In this document: in pieces, positions 13,450 to 26,037 of the stretch
How the letters are laid out: each line of letters opens with the position of its first letter
Numbering within the stretch: the first letter of the stretch is position 1
Source of the DNA: Ginglymostoma cirratum
Lineage: Eukaryota
Length of the DNA: 64,000 nucleotides
Assembly: GCA_024137785.1 (NCBI GenBank)
Contig: JAHRHZ010000021.1
Location: 15,888,097-15,952,096 of the forward strand
Direction: 5' to 3'
Translations under genes and position numbers: made by a program
The notes under the pieces: model-generated
The model's database searches: none
What the model was told of the DNA's origin: nothing
The model's input: the letters and a program-made list of their open reading frames with translations, nothing else

Positions 13450-15411
13450 GACTGAAGACTGATATCTGTAATACTGGGGATGAGGCTGAGGTGGATCATC
13501 CACTGGCACTTGTGGCTGAAGATTGCTGTGAATCCTTCAGTTTTATCTTTTGGACTGATGTGCTGGGCTCTTCCATCATTGAGGACAGGGCTATTTGTAG
13601 AGCCTCCCAATCTAGTGGGTTGTTTAATTGTCCACTAACATTCACAACTGGATGCGGCAGGACTGCAGAGCTTAGATTGGATCTGTTGGTTATGGGATCT
13701 CTGAGCTCTATCTATCACTTGTTGCTTATGCCGTTTTAGCTTGCAAGTACTTCTGTTTGGTAGCTACACCAGGTTGACACCTCATTTTTAGGTAAGTCTG
13801 GTGCTGCTCCTGGCATGGCCCCCTGCACCCCCCATTGAACTAGGGTTGATCCTCTGGTTTGATGGTAATGGTTGAGTGGGGGATATGCCGGGCCATGAGG
13901 TTGCAGATTGCGCTGGAGTACAATTCTGCTGCTGTTGATGGCCCACAGCACCACATGGATGTCCAGTCTTGAGTTGCTAGATCTGTTTGAAATCTATCCC
14001 ACTTAGCATACTTATAATGCCACACAACATGGTGAAGGGTATTTTCATTGAGGAGGAGGGATTTCATCTCCACAAGGACTGTTCAGTGGTCACTCTTACT
14101 GATACTGCCACAGACAGATGCGTCTGCAGCCAGCAGATTGGTGAAGTTGAGGTTAAGCCTGTTTTTCCCTCTTGTTGGTTCCCTCACCACCTGCTACAGA
14201 CCCAGTCTGGGAGCTATGTGTTTTAGGACCCGAGCACCTCTATGAGCAGTGCTGCTGCTGAGCCAGTCTGGTGGTTGTCATTGAAATCCCCCACAGGGTA
14301 TGTTTTGTGCTCTTGCCATCCTTTGTGATTCACCAGCTGAGGGAGGATAGTATGTGGTAATCAGCAGGAGGATTCCTTGCCCTGAAGCCATGACGTTTCA
14401 TGGGGTCCAGCATTAATGCTGAGGACACCGAGGGCAACTCCCTCCCGACTGTATACCACAGTGCCACCACCTCTGCTGGGTCTGTCCTGCCAATGGGACA
14501 GGACATGTCCAGGGATGGTGATGGTGGACTCTGGGACATTGTCTGTAAGGTATGTGTATGTGAGTATGAGTTTGTCAGGCTGTTGCTTGACTAGTCTATG
14601 AGACAGCTCTCCAAATTTTGGCACTAGCCCCTGAATGCTAGTGAGGAGGACTTGGCAGGGCCAACAGGGCTGTTTCTGCCATTGCCCTTTCTGGTGCTTA
14701 GGTCAATTCTAGGTGGTCCATCCAATTTCATTTCTTTGTTGAAACTTCATAACAATTGATACAAATGAGTGGCTTGCTAGGCCATTTCAGTGAGCAACTG
14801 GGAGTCAACCACACTGCTGTGGGTCTGGAGTCACATGTAGGCTAGACCAAGTGAAGAAGGCAGATCTCCTTCCCTAAAGAACGTTAGTGAGCCAGATGGG
14901 CGTTTCCAGTAATTGACAATGGTTTCATGATCATCAGTAGATTCTTAATTTAAGATACTTTTTATTAAATTCAAATTCCAGCATCTGCCATGGCCGGATT
15001 TGATCACAGGTCTCTTCGTGTGACACTGTGGCTCAGTGGTTAGCACTGCTACCTCATAGCACCAGGAACCTGGGTTCAATTCCAGCCTTGGATGACTGTC
15101 TGTGTGAAGTTTGCACATTCTCCCTGTGTCTGCATGGGTTTTCTTTGGGTACTCCAGTTTCCTCCCACATTCCAAAGATGTGGAGGCTAGGCAGATTGGC
15201 CATGCTAAATTGCCCACAGTGTCTAGGCATGTGTAGTTTAGGTGGGTTTTGTGGGATGGGTCTGGCTGGGATAATCTGAGGATCGGTGTGGGTTCATTGG
15301 GCTGAAGGGCCTGTTTCCACACTGTAGGGATTCTATGATTATCTCCAGAATTTTAGCTGAGTTGCTGGATTAATATATCTAGTGATAACGCCACTAGGCC
15401 ATTGCCTCCCC
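13450..15411 (-). mobile_element. LINE family B 5' half: tRNA-like head, short leader and APE endonuclease region (interrupted by an HE1 SINE)
   Basis: PKFGELSHRLVKQQPDKLILTYTYL..IPGHVLSHWQDRPSRGGGTVVY; VWHYKYAKWDRFQTDLATQDW; A-box-like tggcctagtgg near 15400. Confidence 0.85.
15021..15340 (+). mobile_element. HE1-type V-SINE
   Basis: A box gtggctcagtggttagc, B box ggttcaattcc, V domain tgtgtgaagtttgcacattctccctgtgtctgcatgggttttc, CR1-like tail gtagggattctatgatt. Confidence 0.92.
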
Positions 15412-15879
15412 TAAATTCATAAAGGAATATAGCAAAATAATGACAAATCAGCCAAGTTCTAGCAGTCATCTGATTTTTATATATGTACCTGTAGAAGGAG
15501 CTTGCTGGTTTTGTGGTAATTTCTTTACCACTAGCTTTGTAACAGCAAATTAAAATCAAGTTTGTGTTCTGAAATAGGCAGGAAATTTCTGGGTAATTAG
15601 TTTTTTCAGATAGTAGGAGTAAAATGCCCATAAATCCCACTTCTCCCAAACCACATTCTGACAGAAATTACTAATTTTTCTATATTAACTATAAACCATT
15701 TTAGGTTTAGTTGTAATACTCTGGTTGTCGAATGATCTGTTGACCTTTGCAACTTCATCTTAATTGTGAATTGTTGTAGTGTGGATACAGCTGCTTTCTG
15801 TGTAATCAAAACCAGTAATAATCATTGGCTTCAGGAGCACAGATGGAGGAAAATGATTAAAAGATATTCAAAAACAAAG

Positions 15880-16220
15880 GGTGGGTCAGTGGCACAGCAG
15901 TTAACAACGCTGCCTCACAATGCCAGGAACCTGGATTCAATTCCATCTTGGGTGACTGTCTGTGTGGGGTTTGCATATTCTCCCTGTATCTGTGTGTTTT
16001 TCGGCTGGGTGCTCCAGTTTCCACCCACAGTCCAAAAACATGCAGGTTAGGCAAATTGGCCAAGGTAAATCACCCGTAGTGTCCAAGGTTGTGCAGGCTA
16101 GGTGGATTAGCCATGGGAAATGTAGGGTTAGGAGGATAGAGTTTGGGCTGATTCTGGATACTCATCAGAGGGTTGGTGCAGACTTAAATGGCTGCTTTCT
16201 ACACTTTAGGGATTTTATGC
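15880..16220 (+). mobile_element. HE1-type V-SINE
   Basis: Same head, V domain and tail organisation as 15021-15340, more diverged. Confidence 0.88.
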
Positions 16221-16692
16221 ATGTATTGTTTGCAAACCCATTACAACCCTTGCCTTTACTAATAAGTTTGCTATTTTCTCTGCCTTTTTTTAAAATTTCC
16301 TTTCTATGTTTTAAATTTACTCAGATGTTTAGGTATCATTGAGTTTTTTTTTAGTCTGATTGACATCCCAATATAATTGTTGACTTGTTGTGTATCTCCA
16401 ACATTGTCAGTCTTTAATTCCATATTTTCAGCATCCGTGGCATTTTTCTCTGTAAATGTACATTCAATCTATTTAATATTGTTAAATATATCAAAACACA
16501 ATTATTCAAAGCACTACTTTTGGAGTTTATCTTGTAGGAACATCTTAAATCCAGAGTAAACATTTTTGTCTTGTTATTTTGCAGATAGCATATTGTTTTA
16601 TAATGATTTATTTATTTCTTAGAATACCTCGTGACCATGCAACCATCATATTTAATTAATTGTAAAGTGCTTTGGGACATTCTGAGACGACA

Positions 16693-16831
16693 NNNNNNNN
16701 NNNNNNNNNNNNNNNNNNNNNNNNNNNNNNNNNNNNNNNNNNNNNNNNNNNNNNNNNNNNNNNNNNNNNNNNNNNNNNNNNNNNNNNNNNNNNNNNNNNN
16801 NNNNNNNNNNNNNNNNNNNNNNNNNNNNNNN
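16693..16831. other. Assembly gap (139 N)
   Basis: N run; left flank resembles a DeuSINE 3' end (tgtaaagtgctttgggacattctgag). Confidence 0.99.
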
Positions 16832-17409
16832 TTCCAAAAACTGGTCCAGATGTTTCTCTGAAGCTAAAGGAGGAGTCACAAATCCCAAAGGAAATAATAA
16901 GCCATGACATTTTATTTCTCGCTGTTCAGCTACTTTTGAAAATGACGGCACATAACATATGTATAAGATGCATAAAAGATTCTCTCCCCATAGGAATTGA
17001 GATGTGCCTGATGACAGATGTAGAACTGTAGGATTTCAGCAGCTTACAATCTGTGGGACTCGTGATATTTGCTATTCTTATTTGGAAAAATATAGCTATT
17101 TATTTGACCAAAACGAAGAAATAGCAATCCAGTTTTAATTCATACAGACAAACAGGGAGAACAATAAATTGCACTGTACACTCATCTTTTGTTCGATTTG
17201 TGGGATAACTGATATTTCCACCTTAATAACAGACAGATACTGGCCAGAGCTATGATTTGGTGCTTCAGTTGAAGATGAAATGGCAGTAGTCAGATAAATA
17301 GAATCAATCACACTACAGGCATCTTGAAGCATCACTTCTGATCATTGCATATATCTGTGCTGAATCTTAAAATACAGTCCGATTAAGATCTCAATTTGGA
17401 GGAATGCAA

Positions 17410-17790
17410 AGCAATGTAGGAAGATGGCCAATGACCTCCTCCATTCTGCTATCATAAGTGTCACTGTCTTCTCTCCAATAGTTCTCATTTCTGTTCCAGT
17501 GCCCAAGTACCCACCAAGGCTCATCCTCTCCCACTCTCACTATTGCAACATGTTCCATCGTTGGTTCTTACACCTACCAAACCCTGACAGAGGTTATCCT
17601 GAATGCCCTCTATGCTGCCTACTCACACATTTGGGACACTTGACCATTTGCACCAAAAGTAACAGCTGTGCTACCCACTTTCATTTCCTGTACTACCTGC
17701 CTACCTTTCATTTTAGGCAGAAAGCAGCCCCCTGTAGGGCAGAGAGAGTTGGGCTAGTGGGAGGATCCTGACCTAGACCATCCCAAGTGG
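17410..17790 (+). pseudogene. Harbinger/PIF-type Myb/SANT-like gene remnant (two exons)
   Basis: QCRKMANDLLHSA, then a decayed donor (ataagt), a pyrimidine-rich acceptor tttcattttag, then QKAAPCRAERVGLVGG (cf. K.AHN..ER..TGGG). Confidence 0.55.
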
Positions 17791-20734
17791 CTGGCTGACC
17801 GTATCTAAACTCCTGGACTGGTCTCAGTGGCTGCCCTTGACTTATTTTGCAGGCGAACCCTGTGTGGAGGCTATCTCCCTTGATTTAACTGGTCTGCTGA
17901 CGACCATGACAATCTTTCTTCCTTTGTGTTGACACTTAACAGTAAGGTTAGACAGAAATAATGAGTCTGACATTTCTAGCTGAGGGTGCTATGAGAATCC
18001 AAGTTAGCTCAGAATGAGTGAGTGCAGTGAGCGAGACTGAACAGGCCGGAGATGCAGCCTGGTCCAGCCCATGAGCTAGGTGTGTGTCCTTGAATGCACA
18101 GTATCCTTGCTGCCACATTACGAGGATAGGCCACAATGCAGCATTTGAAGTGAAGAAGCAACCTGTAATTAGATCAGAGATGTGTCATGAGGGGTCTTGG
18201 ATGCTGGCATGTATCAGATGCCAATGCCTGGGGTGGAGTGTGCGTGTGGCTGGTGCCCATGGGCATAACCTGAGATGCTGGTATCTGGTGTCCAACATGG
18301 AAGTCCTTTTGGGGCAAGTGATGAGCTGAGGTCTCCAGATATCGGATTAGTTTCCAGGTCGAGGCTTCTCGATGCTGAACTTCTTTGGTTTGTTCAGCAA
18401 GATGGTAAGCTCAGTATTAATGAGACAGGTTGTGGCATTCACAAGGTGTTGAACAAATAATAATCCCATTTAATTAGCAACTCACCCCTGCCTAGTGAGA
18501 AACTCATCACACAGCTTGTTAATAGCATAAAGGATGGAATGAGATGCTGCCACAAATCTCACCATAGCTCATGTCACTCAGAATCCTGTACTATTCTGCC
18601 CATTGCATCTGTTTTGCAGAGACCACCAGCGCAAGATGTTGCAAGAAAGTCCAAAGAAAAATTAAAGGAAGAGACTTAACTGGAAAGTTATCTTGGTTAA
18701 AAAATGCAAAATGATTGTGTGTTATAAATAGACTCTTCAGTGTCCTTTTCTACACTATAGGTCTTGCCAGGGTATCACAGATGTTGGCTGGATTTTGAAT
18801 GCATGAATTATAATAAATTAAACCCAGCAATGGCTTGAGATTGTTAGAAGGATATGATAATCTTATCTTTGTCTAATATTATTTGTGTTCTGTTCTGCAG
18901 AACACTTGCCTTAAATCCAAAATAGCTTTGGTATATACTGGGAACAGGCAAGAATTTGATCACCACAACGGTGTACAGAAATATGTAAACAATTAGAACA
19001 CCTGGCCTATCAGCACAGTGTAATGGTGGCCCAGACATTCTGAGCTTTGGTGATCTCAGTCAATTTACCATTCTGCTCCTCCTTCTCTTTGTTAGGACCA
19101 AGCTCTGTATTTGTGTCGGCCAATTTTGATCCTTGCTCCTTCAGAAATGCAGAGCACAGCTGAAATTCAACAGTTCCCTTGCAGTGTGGAATAGTAGGGA
19201 GAAGTCAAACCATACCGCTTTATACACAGCAGGAGGAGCTATATAATTTGACTTAAATGTCTGGCAGCAGAGCCAGCCAGCCACCTTGACAGCTCCTGTG
19301 AACGGGTGAGTATGTGTGGGGTTAGAGTGGCCGTTGATAAAGCGGTTAAGGTGCACTTAAGTAAAGTGTCACCTAAGTGCTGGAGTGCTTAGGGTAATTT
19401 GAGGAGCCTGTGACTCACTCCCTGGACTGCTGGGAGAATCCCTGACAGAAGCAACTGTGACCTGACATCTGATCATGGCCAATCCCACAGACTGGTATGG
19501 CAGGCTGCTCTTGAATGGCTGTGCTGGGATTGATGGATGCCTCCAGGGATTACTCTCATGAGACTTTGCCTGCTCTACTGCAGTCTGTTTGCTGGTAAGC
19601 TGCTAGCACATAGTGCAGACTTGAGATTAATGTAGTACCATGTTATACAACAAGACTTATGCCCCCTTGGCTGAAGACTGCTACTCAGCAAGCCAGGCAG
19701 CCTGGTAGTGTGATTGCTGTAATTACCACAGCAAGGTGAGGCAAGGTATACGTGCTGTGTGCCTGTCAGTAGGCACTAAGTAAATGTGCACAACAAGGGC
19801 AGGCGAGCAGTCCTGAGATTCAACTGGTCCAATCTGAGAGATGGATGCCAATGCCTGTGAACAAAGTGTCCCTACTGCAGCCCTTTCAACACTAGTTGCT
19901 GATGCACCCTACAACGCAAGTCTGTAGTTCCTGAGTGCCAGTGTATTGGAAAGGTGTCAAGATAGTTGTGACGTGGGTTGCTGAATGGCGCATGCCAATG
20001 TCTGTGCGACTGATAGCTGAGGATTGTGCCCTGGGCTGCATGGTGATTGTTGGAAACGTGGAGGTCATTAAGAGCAAGAGACAAGCTGAATCTGCCAGGA
20101 TCCTAATTTCCATGTTGACTTTTCCTGATATCGGGCTTGTTTGGTGAGTTTAGTGAAATAGGAAGCTGAGGTGAGTTGGGACATCAACAAGGCATTTAAC
20201 AAACAATGATCCCCCTAAATTGGCCTAGCATGATACATACCACATTGCTTCTGAAAAGCAGAAATGATGTTGGGAATTGCTCCTGCTGCTGATATAGGGC
20301 TCAATGAACATCTTGCCCAATTCTGCCATGTATCTCGCCACAGATCACGTTGCTCAGGTCCCTATAAGATTCTGCTCTATATGTTTTCCACTGTGTAGAT
20401 ATTGTTGGCCCCTAGAGAATGTTAACAGCACAAGGCAGAAGTTATCAGTACTGTCGTACCCTAATAGAATGTGCACTGAGTACTGCAATGTTAAAAATTA
20501 CACAGTGCCATGAATTAAAACACAATAGTTTAATACCCCATATAGCAGATTCTGAGAGAGAAAGAAAATCTATTGTAATTTGATCTGGCAAGCTCTAGAG
20601 GTGCAATGGTAGTTCTTTCTAGTTGTTAGTGAAAATATCACTGAAAATTGAAAAATAACTACCTGGTAAACAATGACAACGTTAAATATCTTGTCTCAGC
20701 AGTGAGGATGCCGAAACAAGGACTGGCAGTGAGT

Positions 20735-21463
20735 GAGATAACAAGATGTAGAGCTGGATGAACACAGCAGGCCAAGCAGCATCAGAGGAGCAGGAAGGCT
20801 GATGTTTCGGGCCTAGACCCTTCTTCAGAAAAAGAGTCTTTCTGAAGAAGGGTCTAGGCCTGAAACGTCAGCCTTCCTGCTCNNNNNNNNNNNNNNNNNN
20901 NNNNNNNNNNNNNNNNNNNNNNNNNNNNNNNNNNNNNNNNNNNNNNNNNNNNNNNNNNNNNNNNNNNNNNNNNNNNNNNNNNNNNNNNNNNNNNNNNNNN
21001 NNNNNNNNNNNNNNNNNNNNNNNNNNNNNNNNNNNNNNNNNNNNNNNNNNNNNNNNNNNNNNNNNNNNNNNNNNNNNNNNNNNNNNNNNNNNNNNNNNNN
21101 NNNNNNNNNNNNNNNNNNNNNNNNNNNNNNNNNNNNNNNNNNNNNNNNNNNNNNNNNNNNNNNNNNNNNNNNNNNNNNNNNNNNNNNNNNNNNNNNNNNN
21201 NNNNNNNNNNNNNNNNNNNNNNNNNNNNNNNNNNNNNNNNNNNNNNNNNNNNNNNNNNNNNNNNNNNNNNNNNNNNNNNNNNGAGCAGGAAGGCTGACGT
21301 TTCAGGCCTAGACCCTTCTTCAGAAAGACTCTTTTTCTGAAGAAGGGTCTAGGCCCGAAACATCAGCCTTCCTGCTCCTCTGATGCCGCTTGGCCTACTG
21401 TGTTCTTCCAGCTCTATACCTTGCTATCTCAGATTCTCCAGCATCTGCAGTTCCTAATATCTC
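20735..21463. mobile_element. Palindromic PLE-derived element split by a 400-N gap (20883-21282)
   Basis: Same arms as 11088-11317; flanking duplication ctggca(g/c)tgagtgag at 20723-20737 / 21463-21477. Confidence 0.88.
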
Positions 21464-21704
21464 TGGCACTGAGTGAGCCTGCCACTGGTGTGTGGGGTGA
21501 ATGGCCATGAGGAATTACGCAGCAGCCAGTTAATTAGCTATGGACAGTCGAAGAAGATGGCAAATTGTGCAGTGGGAAGGGAGCAGGAATCTCCAACCCT
21601 GTCGTCACCTCATGCTGAATGATCATCCGGACAGCCAGCAACATTGTTCCAACTGCCTGAGAACTTGCACTGATACCACTCCTTCCACATGTTCACATTT
21701 AAAT

Positions 21705-23875
21705 TCCTGGAGCTGCAAACTATCACTGTCATAGTCCTGACTTGTGACTTGTAAATGGTGGACATGCTTTGGGGGATCAGGAGGTGAGCTGTTCACTACA
21801 GGGATTCCTAGCCTCTGAACAGTTCTTATAGCCATAATAATTATATGGCTAGTTCCGTTCAGCTTCTGTTCAACAGTAATCCCCTAGGCTTTTCAAAGTG
21901 GGGGATTCAGCAATAATATGGCCATTGAATGTCATGGAGCAATGATTAGATCCTCTCTTGTTGGAGATGGTCATTGCCTTGCATTTGAATGACATGAATG
22001 TTATGCTATTTGTCACCCCAAATTTAGGTATAGTCTAAGGCTTTCTCCATTTGGACATTGACTGCTTCACTATGAGGAGTTGTGAATGGTGCTAATATTT
22101 TTCAATTATCAGTGAACATCTCTACTCCTGACCTCATGATGGACAGAAGGGCTTTGATGAAACAGCTGGAGATGCTTGAGGTTTGGACAGTACCCTGAGG
22201 AGTTCTCGCAGAAATATTCTAGTGCTGAGATGACTGATCTCCAACAACCACAACCATCTTCCTTCATGCCAGATATAATTCCCATCAACAAAGAGACTTA
22301 CCCCTTGACTTCAGTATTGCTAGGGCTTCTTTGCATCCTTGTTGTCAAAGACAGTCACTCTCAACTCGAGAATACAATTTTGTTTTCTGTGTTTGAATCA
22401 AGGCAATAATGAGGTCAGGAACTGATTGACCCTGGTGGAACCCAAACTAGGTGTTACTAAGCAGGTTATTGCTGAGCAGGTGCTGCTTGATAATACTGTT
22501 AATGACACATTCCATCATTTTCCGATGACGGAGCGTAGACTGATGGGGCGGTAATTGGCTGGGTTGGGTTTGTCCTGCATTTTTTATACAGGGCATAGCT
22601 GGGCAATTTTCCTTTTTTTTTCATTTCAAAAATATACTATATTCATAAAAATATCTTTACAAACATACATCGTCACCAAAGCAGTCTGGTTCTATATGGC
22701 AGCATCTGAAGAAACAAACAAACATTGGAGTTCGACACTATCCAGCAAACAAAGCCAAGGCATTTCCTACCTGTACAAGACTAAATTTGTGTACATTTGA
22801 GGCACTGGGAGGGTCTGATAACTGAGCAGTCCCCCATTTAACATTGGCAGAAAGACCTTAGACAGTGGTCTTGCCCCACTGCACCTTGGCGGCTGCTGTC
22901 CCAAGCTTTAATGTGTCCCTCAGCACGTAGACCTGAACCTTGGACTGTGCCAGTCTGCAACACTCAGTCGAGGTCAACTCCTTGCTCTGGAAGACCAACA
23001 AGTTGTGGGCAGATCAAAGAACGTCATTCATTGAGTTGACGATCCTCTGGGCACATTCGATACTTGTCTCGATGCAGAGCACAGAGCCCTGCATCATGGA
23101 TCTACTCAGGGTGAACCTCAGCAAAAAACACTGAATCTTTCTCCAGACTTCATTTACAAAGGCGCATTCCAGCAGGAGATGTGTGACAGTCTCAAAGCAC
23201 CACCGCCCCCCAGCACTGCAGCCACTTTGAGGGCAACGTGTGGTGGTGCAGACCAACCGAATGTACATGAAGGGTTTCACAGGAAGTTCCCTTCTCACCA
23301 CCAGTCAAGCGATGTCTTGCTGTTTATTGGAAAGTTCTGGATAATGAGGCATTCTGCCAAATGACATTGACAGTCTGCTCAGGGAGCAACGTGAGAGGAT
23401 CCACCCTCCCCTTTTCTCACAGAGTCTCGGAGGATGCTACATGCTGACCACTTCTAATGACTTGTGGTCAAAGGTGTTTTGCTTTACAAATTTCTCCACG
23501 AAGTACAGGTGATATGGAATGGTCCAACTACTTGGAATGTTCCGCGACAACGAGGCCAGATCCATCCTTCGCAATACCGGGGACAGGTAGAACTTCAGTA
23601 CATTGAGATGCTTGATGTTTGCATACTGAGTGTCTACACACAGCTTGATGCAGCCACACTGCACTTGTTGGGTAGGTTCCAGTGTTGTAGCTATAATGGA
23701 ATAGCTTGGCTAGTGGCATGTTCTGGAACAGATGTCTTCCATACTATTGTCAGAATGTTGTTATGGCCCATAGCCTTTGCAGTATCCAGTGCCTCCAGCT
23801 ATTCCTAGATCTCATCTAGTGTGAATCAAGCTGGTTGAAGACTTGTAACTGTGATATTGGAACATCTGCAGGAGG
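21705..23875 (-). mobile_element. LINE family B RT region (interrupted by a Tx1-like insert)
   Basis: Homologous to 48.9-49.9 kb and to the reverse complement of 60.0-60.3 kb; ...gggcaattttcc at 22612 appears to resume at cacttgttgggtag near 23662. Confidence 0.8.
22612..23660 (-). mobile_element. Tx1/L1-type LINE 3' part
   Basis: CPQSGC...ETVTHLLLECAFVNEVWRK (C-terminal CCHC zinc knuckle); oligo-T at 22613-22621 is an A tail on the minus strand. Confidence 0.85.
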
Positions 23876-26003
23876 TATGAGTGTGCATGACATGTTTATA
23901 CACCCAAATTAATTTCTGACGTGCGTCATTGGGAACGACAATCCTCCTTTAATCCGATGACAACGTCCCAACTTTCATCCCTCCATCAAGAGCTGAAATA
24001 TTGCCTCCCATGCAATTAACTGACACTGCCTGACTTTCTTCATGTTGCCAGGAACTTCACTAGAGTCTGCCCTATCGCAACAGCATACATCAACATGGAG
24101 TAATGGCAGTAAATGCAACCTTCCCTGTGTTGCTTGGTTCCTGATCTCAGTCATTTTGCTTTGAGGAATGCAGAATACTTTCCCACTGAAGTCCCTAGCT
24201 GCTTATTTGAACACATTTGTTAGATGCCCTCTAGGCACAAGCAACGTATGACATGGGGAAATAAATTTAAATCCTTCACTAAGGGTTGAGGATCTAGATC
24301 ACTTCTATGTTATTCTTGCTTCTTTTATATTTACCATAAAACGATTCTCAGAAGTCACAGTAAAATGAAGGCAGAGGCAAAATATCCAGTACGATAAAGT
24401 CTGTTTTGGGTTATGCTCAACCTCTGCAATCACAGCCTACCTTACTGAGGGCTGTTCTGGCTTAATATTGAGACCCTTTGAATTGGTGTGTCTTTTTAGT
24501 GTCTTGCAGCTTTCTTGACAAATTTCAATAAGCTAAGGCCTTCATATCAAGGGAGGCTCTTGGTCATTGGAAATAGGATAGACAGTCTGCATTTTTTATT
24601 GGCTTGTCTTCCAAAAGTCAAATGTGACTCATCTATATGTTGAAACTGATGTTGTAAATTGGGATCACATTTTGTTTTTAAATGGAGACCATTTGTAAAC
24701 TCTATTTTTGTGTTTCGTATAGGGATTGTTAACAGCAAATTTACATATAACATCTATTGTGTCTATGAAACTTGCGCAAATACTGCATTAAAATGAAGGG
24801 TACATGATGATATTTTACATAGCTCCTTTCCTAATGAGTGGGTCTATGAATATACGTTTTGCATTCACACTGCAAAAGGTCATTGTAAAATTAGGTTTTG
24901 TGATTTACTTTTGTTTCAGTTCTTAGTTTTTTTTCTCATGGGTGGAGATGGTTATTTTGTATACTTTTGATTAATTGTTTTCCTAAATGCCTACATTAAA
25001 AGAAGAAACTTCATTGATCAAAATTTTTAGAGAAATGATGAAAGAAATATGGCATTTGATCAACGTTGTCTCCATTAGTAACTACGTAGTCACCCTGGAG
25101 GGCTGTTGTGGTGCAACAGTGATGTTAAAGATGACAGCTGGATGTTTTCAGTGTAAAATTGAAAAATAGTTAATGCAAAGTGTAGTTAAGTTCAGAATTC
25201 TTCTCTGCAAAGGACAAATAATGCTTTATCAGTTGGTGGATTTTTGTTATCCAACCAATTGAGGAATGTGGGGCAAAGGCAGACTTACGGCTTTAGGTTG
25301 CAGAATAACCATGATCTTACTGAATGGCAGAACAAGCTCAAAGAGCTGAATGGTCTACTCCTATTCATTTGTTTATATAATGTGCAGATACATATCCTTC
25401 GATTAATCCTTGAATCAATTCAATTAATTTAAGTGAACGAGATTAGCTTTGTTTTATTCTTTCATTTGCTTCCCATTGCAAACCTCTGAGTAACACAATT
25501 TATCTCCATGTTTCATTGATATTGTGCAATATTTCCACGTTATTGACAGAAAGCATGACTAAATTAGTTTATAATTTGGAAACTGCTAGAAAGTCTTTCT
25601 GTTTTGAAAATTTATATATCAAGCACGGTTCTAAAATGCTTCTCTGAATAACACGGATAAAAATAGATTATCAGCACATTTTCATTATAAGTATTTCCAA
25701 CTATCCAAATATCACACATAAAGGTCATGTGCTTCAGAGAGTTGCATCAGGCAAAGCTTCACGCCAGGCAAGCTATGGAACTTTGAAGCAGAATTTAATT
25801 TTGGCAAAGCATTACAGATGCAGATTTAACTGACTGACAAAGCGTGACATTTGTTTGTATAGAAATGGGCTGATTTATTCATTTTGGAAGCCTTAAGTGG
25901 CATGATGATGACAGCATCAATCAGTATACCTGGATGTTCCAAAATAATCAATTAGGAAGTGATCAGATTTACATTTTGCTTTAAGGTGACTCTTATCAGA
26001 CTA

Positions 26004-26037
26004 TTTCTGATGAAGGGCCTAGGCCCGAAACGTCAAG
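26004..26037 (+). ncRNA. Minimal type I hammerhead ribozyme motif
   Basis: CUGAUGA-A-GGGC(CUAG)GCCC-GAAA-CG-UC; palindromic ACGU stem III typical of dimeric minimal hammerheads; stem I only UUU/AAG. Confidence 0.65.

Noticed and set aside
15028-15279. ORFs and tRNA-like sequence over SINE heads (also 15.8-16.3, 42.8-43.2, 56.2 and 62.1 kb)
   Set aside because: A and B boxes belong to tRNA-derived SINEs; I saw no complete cloverleaf, and the ORFs are spurious.
16631-17031. ORFs containing X runs
   Set aside because: Artefacts of translating through the N gap.
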